A stretch of 63,701 bases of DNA, counting the filler, from Perkinsus chesapeaki ATCC PRA-425 (lineage: Eukaryota; Protista; Perkinsozoa), in the NCBI GenBank assembly GCA_013115145.1. It is 7 parts of 7 records of this genome, joined end to end, with 100 filler letters (N's around TTAATTAATTAA, not from the genome) between each part and the next. Parts side by side here need not be neighbours in the genome. Positions count along the whole stretch, not along the records: positions 41,683 to 53,911 come from JAAPAO010000819.1; positions 54,012 to 59,618 come from JAAPAO010001141.1; positions 59,719 to 63,701 come from JAAPAO010001332.1; 4 more parts are not named here. The stretch is one strand, 5' to 3'. The translations under genes and the position numbers were made by a program. This document shows, piece by piece, positions 49,705-62,210 of this stretch (within the stretch, counting starts at the first letter, position 1; each line of letters begins with the position of its first letter). The notes under the pieces were generated by a model. It was given only the letters and a program-made list of their open reading frames with translations, was not told where the DNA came from and did no database searches.

Positions 49705-50280
49705 TTAGCACTGATCCTTGGAAAGGTCAAGAGACATCAATCCCTGCACAGAGATATTGAAAGTATCATTGGACTCGTCATAAGTTACAGTCATAGCCTG
49801 ATCGAGCTCCTCAGGAGTCATACCGATAGTTTGGGCCATTTCCACCATTTGGGGATCACTGTAATCGGGCTCGAAGTCGGTACAGGTATCCATAGTGTAA
49901 TCGACACCATTGATATTCACAACGGGTTTAACACTCAAGTCGAAGGTTCCGTCATCAATGGTAGCAGTGCCCTTAAACATCATGTATTTACCGCAATACT
50001 TGCCAGAAGGGGTAGCCGAACAGCTTCCACCATCGCTAGGAGCGGTAGTCTCAGAACCAGAGGAGCTGGTAGTCGAATCACCAGAAGCAGCAGTAGTGGA
50101 GTCACCAGGAGCTGCAGTGGGACGGAGGAAAGACGTTGTAGTCTCCATAGCGGCAGTAGTGGCCTGGGCTGCTGCGCTTGTTGTGGTACTGGGAGAAACA
50201 GTAGTGGTAGAGTCATCATCACTGCAACCAGTCAAAGTGAGGGCAACAACAGCGGAGGCAACGACGGGGAAGAACTTCAT
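49705..50280 (-). CDS. Secreted mucin-like protein with 4-Cys C-terminal domain, copy A
   Basis: 191-aa intronless ORF: MKFF..VALTLTGC signal, S/T-rich linker, CSATPSGKYCG...KDQC. Confidence 0.85.
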   Translation of the reverse strand: MKFFPVVASAVVALTLTGCSDDDSTTTVSPSTTTSAAAQATTAAMETTTSFLRPTAAPGDSTTAASGDSTTSSSGSETTAPSDGGSCSATPSGKYCGKYMMFKGTATIDDGTFDLSVKPVVNINGVDYTMDTCTDFEPDYSDPQMVEMAQTIGMTPEELDQAMTVTYDESNDTFNISVQGLMSLDLSKDQC

Positions 50281-51070
50281 TATTACGGGAGGTTATAAGC
50301 TATATAATAAATTGGAACTGATAGACATGCAGTAATATATAACTATACGCATGGACTATAACTATATCAACTATGTACGCAATGCCCCATCACTCACCGA
50401 CTAGATTACTGGAATATATACTTTATGGTAATGCTGCGTGTAACTTCGGGCTAGTAAGCTAGGCTAGCAATCGCAGCGGCACACAAGGGTAGCTGAGTTA
50501 GAAGACAATGCCGACAATGGACACAAACTGAGTGTGGTTTGTCAGCTCATTCCCAACTAGGAGTATGGTGGATGCTGGCCCTCGACTCCATGATGCTACA
50601 GACTTGCTATTTCGGAGGTGTATATTTCTCAGAAATTGAGCGGACTAAAAACAATCGACCCTTAGGTTGAAGTCGCTTGATGTAACAGTTACTCAGAAGT
50701 ATGATGGATGTATGATTTATTAGTTTAACTGAATTATGCTTTTGGTGCGGTGTTTTATTCTATACCTCGGTTTGCTATAGACAAAGCAGGTGCCAACATC
50801 TACAGTAGCTGAGCTCCTTGTCAACCTGATCGGTCCCGGAACGGGTGACAGTAACTGAAGCTGCTCCCTCATTCAAAGTTACATGCCACATTAAGTTTAT
50901 CAGCAAACTGCCAACACAACAAAACGCGTTTTGGGAGTCAAATTTGAATGTGGAGCCAGATTTATCGAAATCATGAGAAAATGGCGAGTCAGTACGATAT
51001 AACAGAGGGTCGAGCCGGCAAACAATCCCGGCTCAAATTGTGATATTCCACAAAAAATGAACAAAGCAGT

Positions 51071-51619
51071 TTAGCACTGATCTTGCGAAAGGGTCAAAGT
51101 GATCGCACTCATAGCATTAACCTCAAAGGTGTCGTTGGACTGATCATAGGTGATCTTGAGAGCCTTTGAAAGCTGCTCCGAATCCATCCCTAGGGCCTTG
51201 GCTAAGGCTACCATCTCAGGGTTGCTGAAGTCTGGCAGGAAGCTTGTGCAGTCTTCCATGGTATAGGACACGTTGGAGACGTCAACAAGGGGTGCCAACT
51301 CGAGACCAAAGGTGCTCTTGTCGATAGACGCAGACCCTTTCATACCCATAGCAGTACCACAGTACTTGCCTGAGGGGCTTTTGCTACAAGTCGAACCGGA
51401 TCCGGGCGTGGTAGTGCCAACGTTAGGACCACTGGAGGTAGGGCGACTGGTAGTCGGTGAGGCAGTTCTGGTAGTTGATAAGAACGACGTACTCGTAGTT
51501 GTTGTCTCGGTAGCAGTTGCGCCAGTGGTGGGAGCAGCAGTTGTAGACGATTCGCTGTCACTGCAACCAATAAGGAAGAGTGCCGCAGTGGCACAGAGAG
51601 CAGTGGCGACGAACTTCAT
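51071..51619 (-). CDS. Secreted mucin-like protein, divergent copy B
   Basis: Real start taken as ATG 51619 (MKFVATALCATAALFLIGC) by homology with A; T-rich linker; CSKSPSGKYCG...QDQC. Confidence 0.82.
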   Translation of the reverse strand: MKFVATALCATAALFLIGCSDSESSTTAAPTTGATATETTTTSTSFLSTTRTASPTTSRPTSSGPNVGTTTPGSGSTCSKSPSGKYCGTAMGMKGSASIDKSTFGLELAPLVDVSNVSYTMEDCTSFLPDFSNPEMVALAKALGMDSEQLSKALKITYDQSNDTFEVNAMSAITLTLSQDQC

Positions 51620-51949
51620 TGCTGGGAAGAACACGGAATAGTTTGGAGGTAACTGGTGTAGACCAGTTGATGCTCGCAGCCTCGAGCCTAGCTCCCCCTC
51701 TTCCCGTGAGAATTCCCCCGTCACCGTCAACTTTGTGTCGAATGTCCCTCTTCGAGAAGCCTTGTGTCCCGGTGCTACCACCAGCGCCGCCCGTAGACAA
51801 GTTAAGAACACAATACGATAAATAGATTAAACCATCACAAAAAGGGATATGGTTTAAACAAGTCAAAACAATGGAGAGCAAGATCATACTATCAAATACG
51901 TATCTGCTCGATGTACCAATGGTGACAACCATCTTCTTCACAATGCACT

Positions 51950-52525
51950 TTAGCACTGATCCTTAGAAAGGTCAAGAGACATCAATCCCTGCACAGAGAT
52001 ATTGAAGGTATCATTGGACTCGTCATAAGTAACAGTCATGGCCTGATCGAGCTCCTCAGAAGTCATACCGAGAGTTTGGGCCATTTCCACCATTTGGGGA
52101 TCACTGTAATCGGGCTCGAAGTCGGTACAGGTATCCATAGTGTAATCGACACCATTGATATTCACAACGGGTTTAACACTCAAGTCGAAGGTTCCATCAT
52201 CGATAGTAGCAGTACCCTTAAACATCATGTATTTACCGCAATACTTGCCAGAAGGGGTGGCCGAACAGCTTCCACCATCGCTAGGAGTGGTAGTCTCAGA
52301 ACCAGAGGAACTGGTAGTCGAATCACCAGAAGCAACAGTAGTGGAGTCACCAGGGGCTGAAGTGGGACGACGGAAAGACGTTGTAGTCTCCATAGCGGCA
52401 GTAGTGGCCTGGGCTGCTGCGCTTGTTGTGGTACTGGGAGAAACAGTAGTGGTAGAGTCATCATCACTGCAACCAGTTAAAGAGAGGGCAACAACAGCGG
52501 AGGCAACGACGGGGAAGAACTTCAT
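51950..52525 (-). CDS. Secreted mucin-like protein, copy A'
   Basis: 191 aa; differs from copy A at 7 residues. Confidence 0.85.
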   Translation of the reverse strand: MKFFPVVASAVVALSLTGCSDDDSTTTVSPSTTTSAAAQATTAAMETTTSFRRPTSAPGDSTTVASGDSTTSSSGSETTTPSDGGSCSATPSGKYCGKYMMFKGTATIDDGTFDLSVKPVVNINGVDYTMDTCTDFEPDYSDPQMVEMAQTLGMTSEELDQAMTVTYDESNDTFNISVQGLMSLDLSKDQC

Positions 52526-54634
52526 TATAGTAACACGAAAAACGTAAAAATATTGCTAAAACTAGAATTCCACCTCTATATTACATCCGATATTAAGGCA
52601 TGCATCTTTACCCTCTACCACACCCAATTATTATGACTTTCTAGCTAAGCTAGTATGAGAGTATATCTCACAGCTGACACAGTTCTTCTCAAGAGAGCAC
52701 ACAATGTCTTAGGCTCAATGTTGTAACTATCCTTGAGTACAATCAACCGTCAAGTTCTTAAACAACAACCGCGTCAAGTTCGTATAATTCCTTCTGTGAT
52801 GGAGGAGACTTCTCGCCGATCTTGATCTCTCTCTCTTGATCGAGTTTTTAGGGGTCCCCTCACCTCCGACCCAAAAGGATGTGCAGTGACACCTGATATC
52901 CCCCGGGTTATATAACGGAATCGTGTGCCATCATTATGCTGGTCGGCTTACCGAACACTAACGGCTGTAACAGCTGCTCAGCGGAAGGATTGCAACGGAC
53001 TGGCTTGTATCTCGAAGATGTTCCCCACGTAGGAAGGGCTACCTGCCACAGTGGCAGTGCCACTGCACGGGACTTCCAAATGCCACTCTGTACTGCTAGT
53101 GCGCCGCGGTTTCTAAATTTGCACAGTTTGATTTGGGCCTGCTCCAGAAGATAACTGGCATTGTTTGTTACTCATACCGCTAGATGGAAGCGTCTCACTC
53201 GGACCCTTCCGTACTGTCTAAGTAGCACACTCCGGGTACCATGTGGCTCGCAGTGTTGATGAATTGCAGCTCAGAGTAGGCGAGTTCCTAGACACCCTTA
53301 GTAGATTGCGACCGGCGGAAAGTTTCTGCCAGAAACGAGTGCACGCATGCACAGCTAAGTTTGAGAAGCGCGCGGCGATAACGGGCGTGGGCAGCAGCCT
53401 GCTTTCCAACTTCCTGCAATTGCTCCTTTGGGATCTGGAACTCAAGTGCAACGGAAATCTCGTGTGGTACAGCATCCCCGACTTGCGTTCACTTTCTTCT
53501 GGGTTGTAAGGAGGGTTGTTAGGTGAGGGTAGGGCATTCCTGTTCGGAGGAATTGGCCCCAGGCTCTCGGGCCCAGAGTCTGAGGTAAGCCAGACAATCT
53601 CGAAACCTTGATTGGCTACACGTGGTTTGTGAGCTTGGAACACTGGCAAGTGTTCGGTCTTGCGAGCTGAGGAAAGTTGCACAATCCTCTGTCTCCATCC
53701 GCGGACCCTGTTTTCTCGCCGTTGCCAGAACGCATACTAGCGTCGAGTTTCAGAGAGGCGATCGGTCGAAACCTGCCTAGATATTCTCCTTCGTGAATAA
53801 CAACTGGTCAGATGTGGAGAATACCTCGGGAGGGACTACTGTCACGTACCGTGACGCTGCACGCGTCCCGCAAGTCCGTGAAGATGCAATCTCGCTCGCC
53901 CACGGAAGATANNNNNNNNNNNNNNNNNNNNNNNNNNNNNNNNNNNNNNNNNNNNTTAATTAATTAANNNNNNNNNNNNNNNNNNNNNNNNNNNNNNNNN
54001 NNNNNNNNNNNCAATACCTTCAGATGGTAAGAAATCACATGGAACATAGTCCTGATAACAATCCTGAGCGATTACTTGCGCGTCGTCGTTCGCACACCAA
54101 CCAGCAGGAACACCGGAAGGTGAAGCGCTGGAGGATTGCATCAAGAATGACGCGAGGTAGCTTACAACGAAGGTTAATCCAAACATAGATAAATCAAAAT
54201 ATGCAATCTAAAAACAAGTCATAGGTTAACAAACTAGTGATCTTATAATGTGTATATTGTTCATACCGGACATTAGACCTCTGCTAGTAGCGAAAGCTAC
54301 AGGGACACGCGGAACACAACGCAACTTGATGGGACGAAAAAAATGATTTTCCGCTCGTGTATGGTCTGTAGTTGGTCTCCAAAAGTGTTCAAAGTATGAA
54401 ATAAGTACTGCATTAAATTTTATGACCTCAAAACTAATATGCGATAATTCATACTGCACAACGATCTGGCGGGAAACGGCTTCCCTTGGCGTCGCGCGCC
54501 GCCTATTCTAGCACCAGTTCTGGGTGTAGAAGGGACGTCCTCCAATCACGCTTTATCTAATCGCACCTTCTTCGCCCTTTGCTACTGTACCGACTTTGAA
54601 GATTCAGCGGCCTGCGCTTGCAGTTTGATGAGAA

Positions 54635-57600
54635 ATGGTGGAGTCCGCGACCAGTAGCGGTTATGCTGCTTTAACTCCCGAGGAGGTGCATCACAAGATG
54701 TGCAAGAAAATCGCTCAGCTTACTAGAGTCATTTTTCACTTGAACTCGAAGAACGAAGACAACCAGAGGATATTACAAGCTCATCTGAGCTCCTATGAGA
54801 AGGTGGGCTCAGGTTGTTGTTGTTGTTGTTGCCCACAAGCTGGAGGGCTCAACCCATGTGCGTCAGGAAGTTGATGCTTTAACTGTGGATTACAACGAGA
54901 GAATAAGGAGAAGTGGTCAACTAATCGAAGAGTCAAAGAAACACGAGCAAGGGCTTCTTACCAAGCTCGATCAGACTATGATCTTGGCAACAAAGGAAAA
55001 GGAACGGGCAACCCGCGTGTGACGAGCGATCTATTAGCAAACTTTTCATTTCTTAGAAGCGGCGTCTCTAGCTTTAGCATTGGACCGTCACAGGGTGTTC
55101 CTTTTCAGCGTGTAGCATGCCTTGAAGAGGAGTATTCGAAAAGTTTGAAAGAAAAAGAAGAAGCAATGGAGAACGAGCTTGCTCATGTTCTCGTTAGAGT
55201 TAGGAAAGCGCAGGTGAGAACCTGCGTCTTAACCAATCTGCGGCGACTAGTGGCCACCACAACTGACTTATTGAAGACAATTTCAGGGGGATTATGAGAA
55301 GCAATTAGCGAGTCTGACAGACACCTTGAGAGAGTGAGTATTGCACAACCGTGGTGGCTACTTTCATGCTGGATGGCCTTGAAGCAGGTCCAAAGATCGG
55401 CACGAGAGGGACCTAAAATCGGCCAATAAATACCATAAGGATGCTCTAGAAAAGCTAGAGTCACAAAGAGTACAAGAGAGTGAGGCGTCAAAGAAAAGGG
55501 TTGCATCTATTGAGGAGGAGTGAGGTTTCGCCAAAGTCGCCAGTGGCGCAGGAAATATGTGTCAGGCACGCTAGGGAAGTCAAGCGTATGGATGCCAACT
55601 ATAAAAAGGCGCTCTCCGAAGCCAGAGAGCAAGCAGTAAGCTTTCTATCAGCTCTGCCATAACGAAAGTTATTCTAAGGCGAACAAAGAAGCGGAAGCTG
55701 AAAGACGCTTCGAATCCGAGCACCTCAGAGCGAAGGAGGAAGTAGACAGGAACACAATTATTCGGCCAACACAGCCGTTTAGTCCGAAAAGCTCCAACGA
55801 GAGCTTCAATCAGCTACTGTGAGTCTTAAGGAAATGAAAGAATCACATGAGGAGTCTCAGAGGCAATTGAGAAATGCTAAAGGTAAACCGAAATCAGCCG
55901 ACCTAATAAGAGCTCGAGCGTTCCGATGCTCTCTTCGCTAGCGAAACTCGCTGGTTCTCGCTTTGCTTCCTTGGCATGGAACTACCTGCCATACTTCAAG
56001 TACTTCATCGTGTGCCAATGCAACATGAATAATGTCCCCAGACGAACTCTCACAAAAGACAGACGAACTGGCGGGAGCTAATCGCGCCCTTGCCCAGCTA
56101 CAAGGGGTGATAAAGGACGAGTCTACAGCCTCTGCCGAGATGCAGAAAAATATAGAACGGATGGAGGCCGAGTCAAAAAGGCAGGCGATACGGTTCATCA
56201 ATTTACCGCCTACTCAACGGCAACCGTTTCGTTGGTGATCCAGAGGTCTCAGGATGCGAACGGAGATCAGCCAGCAAGAATCTGCTCTGGCGGGAAAGGA
56301 CGCGAAGATCTCCGAATTGTCTCAGAAATTGCAGGGTTATCAGGTCAGACTACGTTACAGGAAAGTTTCCAGTGAAAATGCTGCCATTCAGGCGGAGGGC
56401 AATGAAAGTAAACAATCTCTTGCTGCCGCTTTAACTGAGAAGACACGACTGCAGGAGGCTCTGACAGCACTGGAGGGAAAACTGAGGGGCGAGGAACGCC
56501 GACGGGAAGTGGAATATAAGTGCCTGTGAGATACCATACATCTGAACCCGACATGCAGACATTGAACATCTCAGGGAAAAGGAACTGGAATCCGAGCGAG
56601 AACGAGTTAAAGGCATCGAAGATGAATGGAGCAGGCGTCTAGAAAGCGCTATTGCCAATTATAAGGCCGAAACGGTGGAGCTGCGAAGGGGCCATAAGGA
56701 CGAGCTCGACGCATTGATGGCCCGTCATAGCAAGAAAATAGCTGTAACCGAGCGAAAAATGAAGGGATATGCGATCTATCCAACCGAGGGTATTACCCAC
56801 TGTTTACCTTCTTCGGCTCAGTCTCTGGAGAATATTATCAAAGAGAACAGTTCTAAACTTGAAGAAACCCGCAAGAACACTTTAGAGGCTGCTTTGCTGA
56901 GCGAAAGGGAGAAACACACAACGGAGAAGGCTGAAATTATCAGGTAGCAACCTGCCGTGCCCTAGTACTCCTTGGGCATCCCCCCGTCTCGATGGTTGAG
57001 ATGGAAGCCTCCCGGGGCGTCTGCACCCTGACCTGTTTACTGCACGGTATGATTACATTCGCGCTCCACAGCGGACGCGGAGAAGCTCGGAATCTCAGGA
57101 ACTACGAGGAAAAGCTGAAACTGGCGGAGCAGAAGCTTCTACAGGGAGAAAGCGATAAGAATAAAGTCGTCGATGAAATGTTGGCAGAAAACCAACGACT
57201 GAAAACCGAATTGGACAGAACTGAACGGAGCGATAAGGTTTGGACCGTAACAGCGTCTCCGCCGAAACACAGTAACAGGAGATGCGCCTGAGGATAGAAG
57301 GCTTGGAAAGAAGCCTACAAGAGGCCGCTGAAGAGAAGGAGAGGGAAACCAGGAGGAAGAAGGAAGCCGTTGAGAAGCTTAAGCAGGAATTTGGAGCCGA
57401 ACTGAGCAGCAGGCTTAAGGCAATACAAGACGAGGCTGCTAAAACCGAGAAGGTGAGGCTGGCTACTCCAAGAAGAGCCACTGGTACTCATCACGCAGAG
57501 TGTGAGCGAGAAAGCAGAAGTACAGAGAAAGCGATCGGAAATGGTCCTCATGGAGCAGGAGAAGCGGCTAAAACAGCTAACCGCTGAGGTGGGCACAAAG

Positions 57601-59618
57601 CCGATTCGGATACCCAAGTTCATACAGTACGATTTCATACTGTAGAGCAGGTTGAGCAGCTTAATGAGGAACTGAGGGCTGCGCAAGGAGAGTTAGTTCG
57701 AGAAAGGCAGCGCGGCGAAGAGATTATTGAAGCGACCAGGAAAGGCGAACAAGAAAGAAGCAGGCTTTTGGAAGGTGAGGAGTCTATTGAGTCGTGTTAC
57801 GTAGGTATATATATAATATAATATAGATGTATATGCAGATGGCATAAATATACTAATATTCAGGTGTGGTTTAGGATATGGAACGCTCTCATAGCCACTG
57901 GCACATTTTGAGAGTCGCTACGGAGTGTGTTTTCCCAATTTATGGTGGAGCGGTGTCTGACAGGTCACTTGCTTGAAAAGGTGACTGCATTAGAGGAGAA
58001 GCTGAGCTCGGAGCATGACCAATGGAAGAATCAGCGAGACAAGTTGGCGATTGACCACCAGATTGCCCTGGAGGAAGCTGAAAATATTAGAAAGTACACA
58101 ACGCGCCCTATGTTAGCTGTGACACGTGCTTAATGTGTCGGCACAGCCATGTGGTTTTCACAGATATCAAATGAGGTTGAAGGCTTTGATAGGGTCAATG
58201 ATGTGACTTTCGTAGTGGAACCCCTTCGCAAGCATTCATTAGCTCGAACTGGCTGATTGAGGGCTTTGTCCTCTCGCCAAGAAGCTACTGGCGACTGCTA
58301 GAGCTCCTGAGCGCGATCAACCACTAGCTTTTGTTTTCGTAGGCGTGACGTCGATGAAGCAAGAGCCCAGGAGATGAGAAGATGGAGCGAGATTCGTGAA
58401 AAGGACAACGTTGATTTCGCTCATCAGCTGGTCCGATAATTGTCTCCTTTTGTGTGATTCCCGCGTGTCCCATGTGTTCAGACTCAAAAGCAAGCAAGGC
58501 ACGATGCAGCTATGAGATGCCTAAAAGCCGAGAATGATTCTAACGTGAAGGCTCTGAATGAAAAGCTTGAAAGTATTCGAAAGGATATGGAGGTTCGGGT
58601 TAAGCAGGCAGACGAGGCTCGGCGAAAGAGAGAGGGCGAGATGCAGGCTAAGCTAGACGAAGTGGGTTGTGAAGTACCGCGCTGGACATAGCACAAGACT
58701 CTCAGACAAGGTCGGCCGTACTTGTGCTTAACAGAAAAGTGGACGAGCAAGAGAGGGAAATCGCGGACAAGAATTCCGAGCTCGTGAGGATTGAGAACGT
58801 GTGATTTGCACCAAATCCGACTCCCAGGCCCGCCTGTCATCGAGTTTCGCGGAGGAAATGACAACCATGCGAGAGCGCTGGGCCAAACTAGTCACTGATC
58901 ACCAGGGAGAGTTGCAAGCAGCAATGGAAGCCCATCGAAAGGAGATCAGTCACATTACTGCCGAGTGAGCGGGGCGCTTACCCTCGCTAGAGCAGTCTCG
59001 ACGTTTCTCGAATTGTCTCGAGTCAATTCATTATCACTCGGCAAATGACATCAGATGGACGTGCTCATGTTTGTTGTCTCGATGAGACAGTCTCGTCTAT
59101 GTATGGTTATTGATCAGAACTACATTACTACAATTACGTGGTTGATGTTATCTCAGTTCGGCTTCTCCTCTTCCGGACAACTACTGGCGCGTCTACTGCA
59201 TCACAATAGCTCTCACTTGTTGGTCCCTTCTCAGAAAACAGCGAGAGATCATGGCTCGCGATGAGGCTCTGCGACGAGCCGAAAGCATCCGTGAAGCCGA
59301 GGGGCTTAGGTTGAACGGAAGGATAGACGAACTTGTTCTTATATATGAGAATCGACCGAGCCGCGAAGTAGGTCAGCCCGGGTCCCTTCGACCACAATCC
59401 GTGGATGAGTTTCACAAAGGATGCTCGACTGTCTTCCCTGAGAAGATCTAAGAGCCCCTAGGTTGAACAGCTCATTCAATAGTCGCGCTACAAGGATAAT
59501 CTTATCCCTATAATGAACCAAACTTACCCCTACAATAAGAACATCTCACCCCTCTCGAAGTGGAATCCTGTTTAGGAAGACGTATCGAAAATCAGTCGTC
59601 TCACGGAGGAGCTCAATG
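54635..59618 (+). CDS. FAM184-like long coiled-coil protein, many exons, runs into gap
   Basis: HHKMCKKIAQLTRVIFHLNSKNED matches the FAM184 N-terminal motif; many E/K/R-rich coiled-coil exons; late YENRPSRE|EDVSKI resembles the FAM184 C-terminal region. Confidence 0.78.
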
Positions 59619-59718
59619 NNNNNNNNNNNNNNNNNNNNNNNNNNNNNNNNNNNNNNNNNNNNTTAATTAATTAANNNNNNNNNNNNNNNNNNNNNNNNNN
59701 NNNNNNNNNNNNNNNNNN

Positions 59719-59802
59719 ATATCCATGTAAGCCTCAATAATATCCATGTAAGCCTCAATAATATCCATGTAAGCCTCAATAATATCCATGTAAGCCTCAA
59801 TA
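59719..59802. repeat. Perfect 21-bp minisatellite x4 at contig start
   Basis: ATATCCATGTAAGCCTCAATA repeated four times with no spacers. Confidence 0.95.
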
Positions 59803-60955
59803 ATATCTATATAAACGTTCGGATATGTTTATACGAAAAGCATACCGGGGTATAGCATAGCGGTTCCGGGGTTGCTGTTGATGGTGACGATAGAACTACA
59901 TGGCGAATTCATCGAACGAGCTCGAGCCTGAAGCTGAGCAATTTAGTTCTGATGACACGGTGGGATTATTGAGCTATACTATTAATAGCACTAGCAACTG
60001 TGAACCCGACGCAATGGGTCGCGGCAGAGACGGTAAGTGCTGGGCATCATATGGGTAATGGGAACAACATAGCCGTCATCGGTATTGGTCAGAATGATAT
60101 TAGATCTTCGTGGGGCCCTCGGTGGCGAGCAGCAGTCTGCAAGGCAATATAAACTAACGCACTGTTCGGAGGCACTCCACGACAGCTGCGGCCTGCTATA
60201 GAAGGCATACCTCTGTGTGCGAGTGGTTGCCAGTATGACTGCGGTCATCCGGGATGGTGCCGAGACCGAACTCCTCTAGATTTTCGTAGGGCTCTCGGTG
60301 TCGGCGCGCCCACCACCGAGAAACACGCCTGAGATGGAGAAATTACAAAACGTGCAGAAAAACAGGTACTTGTATCCACATAAGAGTATAGCTGGGATAA
60401 ACCCTGCTATAATAATTAATAGCACTAGCAGTCTCTCAGAGGGGCTCGATGGGAAAGACCTGATCGTAGATAAAATAAAGACAACTAACTATGGTCGGAT
60501 CAAGCAGGAGCGCGGCAAGCATTAGATCCGACTACTACACTACTACGGCTGGACATACTCGCCCATCATACTAACCACTAGGCTTTCCTATTTTACAATA
60601 TATTAAGCTACGAGAATTGGTGTCATTAAATGCCTTCCAAAATAGCATCACTATCATTGGTATCGGTTGTATTCTCACGAGGAGTTCCACAAAGACGCCG
60701 TCTTGAAGACGGGATAAGCAACGGGATTCCACAGTTCAGACGAGAAACTCTTGTGAACGGTGGTGGCAGCTCCCGTGACGAGATGAAGCACCGACTATGA
60801 GCTAGGCAGCCGAATACTTACCCAGTTATGGATGAGTCATACTTGAAATTAGACAATTCTATTGGGGGGATAGCGGCAACACACACTCGCGTGAGCTCGT
60901 CAGTTGCACATAAGAAGTATCTTCAAGCAAACCTTCAAGCTGGTCTTCCGTTTGG

Positions 60956-62210
60956 TCAGACCGACCTTGTAGAGTCTCGCATCCATGATGGACGTGGAAA
61001 GTATGTATCCACGATAGCTGATCGACTCTCTAAGTCCAGCCGAGGAACTGAAACGAGCCGACTAGGAATTTCTTCTGTGGCCGATATGCGTGCGGCAGCT
61101 TGCTGGCTGAGCCCTAGCTCACTTATAGGGAAGCAGTTCCCGGAGCACCACTTGGTCTGTGATACACAGAACGACGCTGCAAGGTCGACTCTAACTGTGA
61201 ATCCAGCCCTAGCCGTGTCCCATGCAACATCAACTGCGCAACCGTTCCTGCTCGGCAACCCTCCTCGCCAGGACACCTGAGAGACGATCTGCATATTAGT
61301 GCGATTGGCGAGGAAGTGTCACTAGTCGGGGCTCAAGTAGCCGCGCGTGGCCTTGAATAAGAAGCTGTCGAGGAGGTTTACCAAGGAGTCGAATCGCAGA
61401 AAGGCATGCAAAGGTTTTTGCTCTGACCTGTTCAGTGGTGTCCCACTGATTCTTCGCCACCGTATCACTCGTGTCCTCCGTCGTAGTTACCTCAGAGATG
61501 GTGCCGGTACTTGGAGTGGTAATGGTGGTTCGGATGCTATCTTGCTCCGAGTTGCTGTTTCCCTCAGTACGCTCGTCATCATCATCTTCATCAATCACAA
61601 CCCCTTTGTTGTTTCTTTGGGTTGTCGTGTGTACCACAACTGCCTTCGGTTTGTCTATTGCCTCAGTAACTTCCAACCTTGCTGTTGTATCACTGCTCGA
61701 GAGTTCTATCCCGTCGCTCGTGCTGGTCGCTTTCGGGTTAGTGTAGCCGCTACTATCCGTCCTAGACCTCCAATGAGTTCCGTTATTGCTGTTTTTCAGA
61801 GCAGGGATGTCAGTGTAAGGATGCGGCGACGCTGTAGATTTATCCTCTGCGCGTGGAGTAGCTTCCGGTGGACGCTCTGTAGCAAAAACCGTCGGCGAAG
61901 TCGCCGTTACAGGGCCATTGGCCCGGGCCAAGACTTCAGTCGTTCCATCGTCTAGATGAACACTTCCAGCCTTATTCTTAATTGTATTTTGCGGTGTAGT
62001 AGAGTTGACCGAGGCTTCGCTCCTCAGTTCTCCAATGTAGGTCTGACTGGACGGTTGTGTGCTAGTGTGTGATAGATTGAACGGGATAGTTCCTTGCATC
62101 TTGGGTGAAGTCTGGTCTTCCGAGGGGCCCGTGGATGGAGCCAAAAATCCCAGCTCATGGCCGACACTTCGTGTTTCATTCTCTATACCAGGTGCTGCTG
62201 GATACGCCAT
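60956..62210 (-). CDS. Ser/Thr-rich mucin-like hypothetical protein with Cys-containing C-terminal exon (boundaries uncertain)
   Basis: 304-aa ORF rich in T/S/E with probable donor after DTTEQ; adjacent ORF 61294-60956 has GCAVDVAW...FCVSQTKWCSGNC. Confidence 0.45.

Noticed and set aside
51620-51811. 64-aa N-terminal extension on mucin copy B
   Set aside because: Homology with copies A and A' and the signal peptide begin at ATG 51619
53100-53911. Degenerate TE or gene fragment before the gap
   Set aside because: Overlapping frames on both strands with no recognisable motif
59719-59802. CRISPR-like repeat array
   Set aside because: Units are head-to-tail with no spacers, in a eukaryotic context with no cas genes; it is a minisatellite at a contig edge
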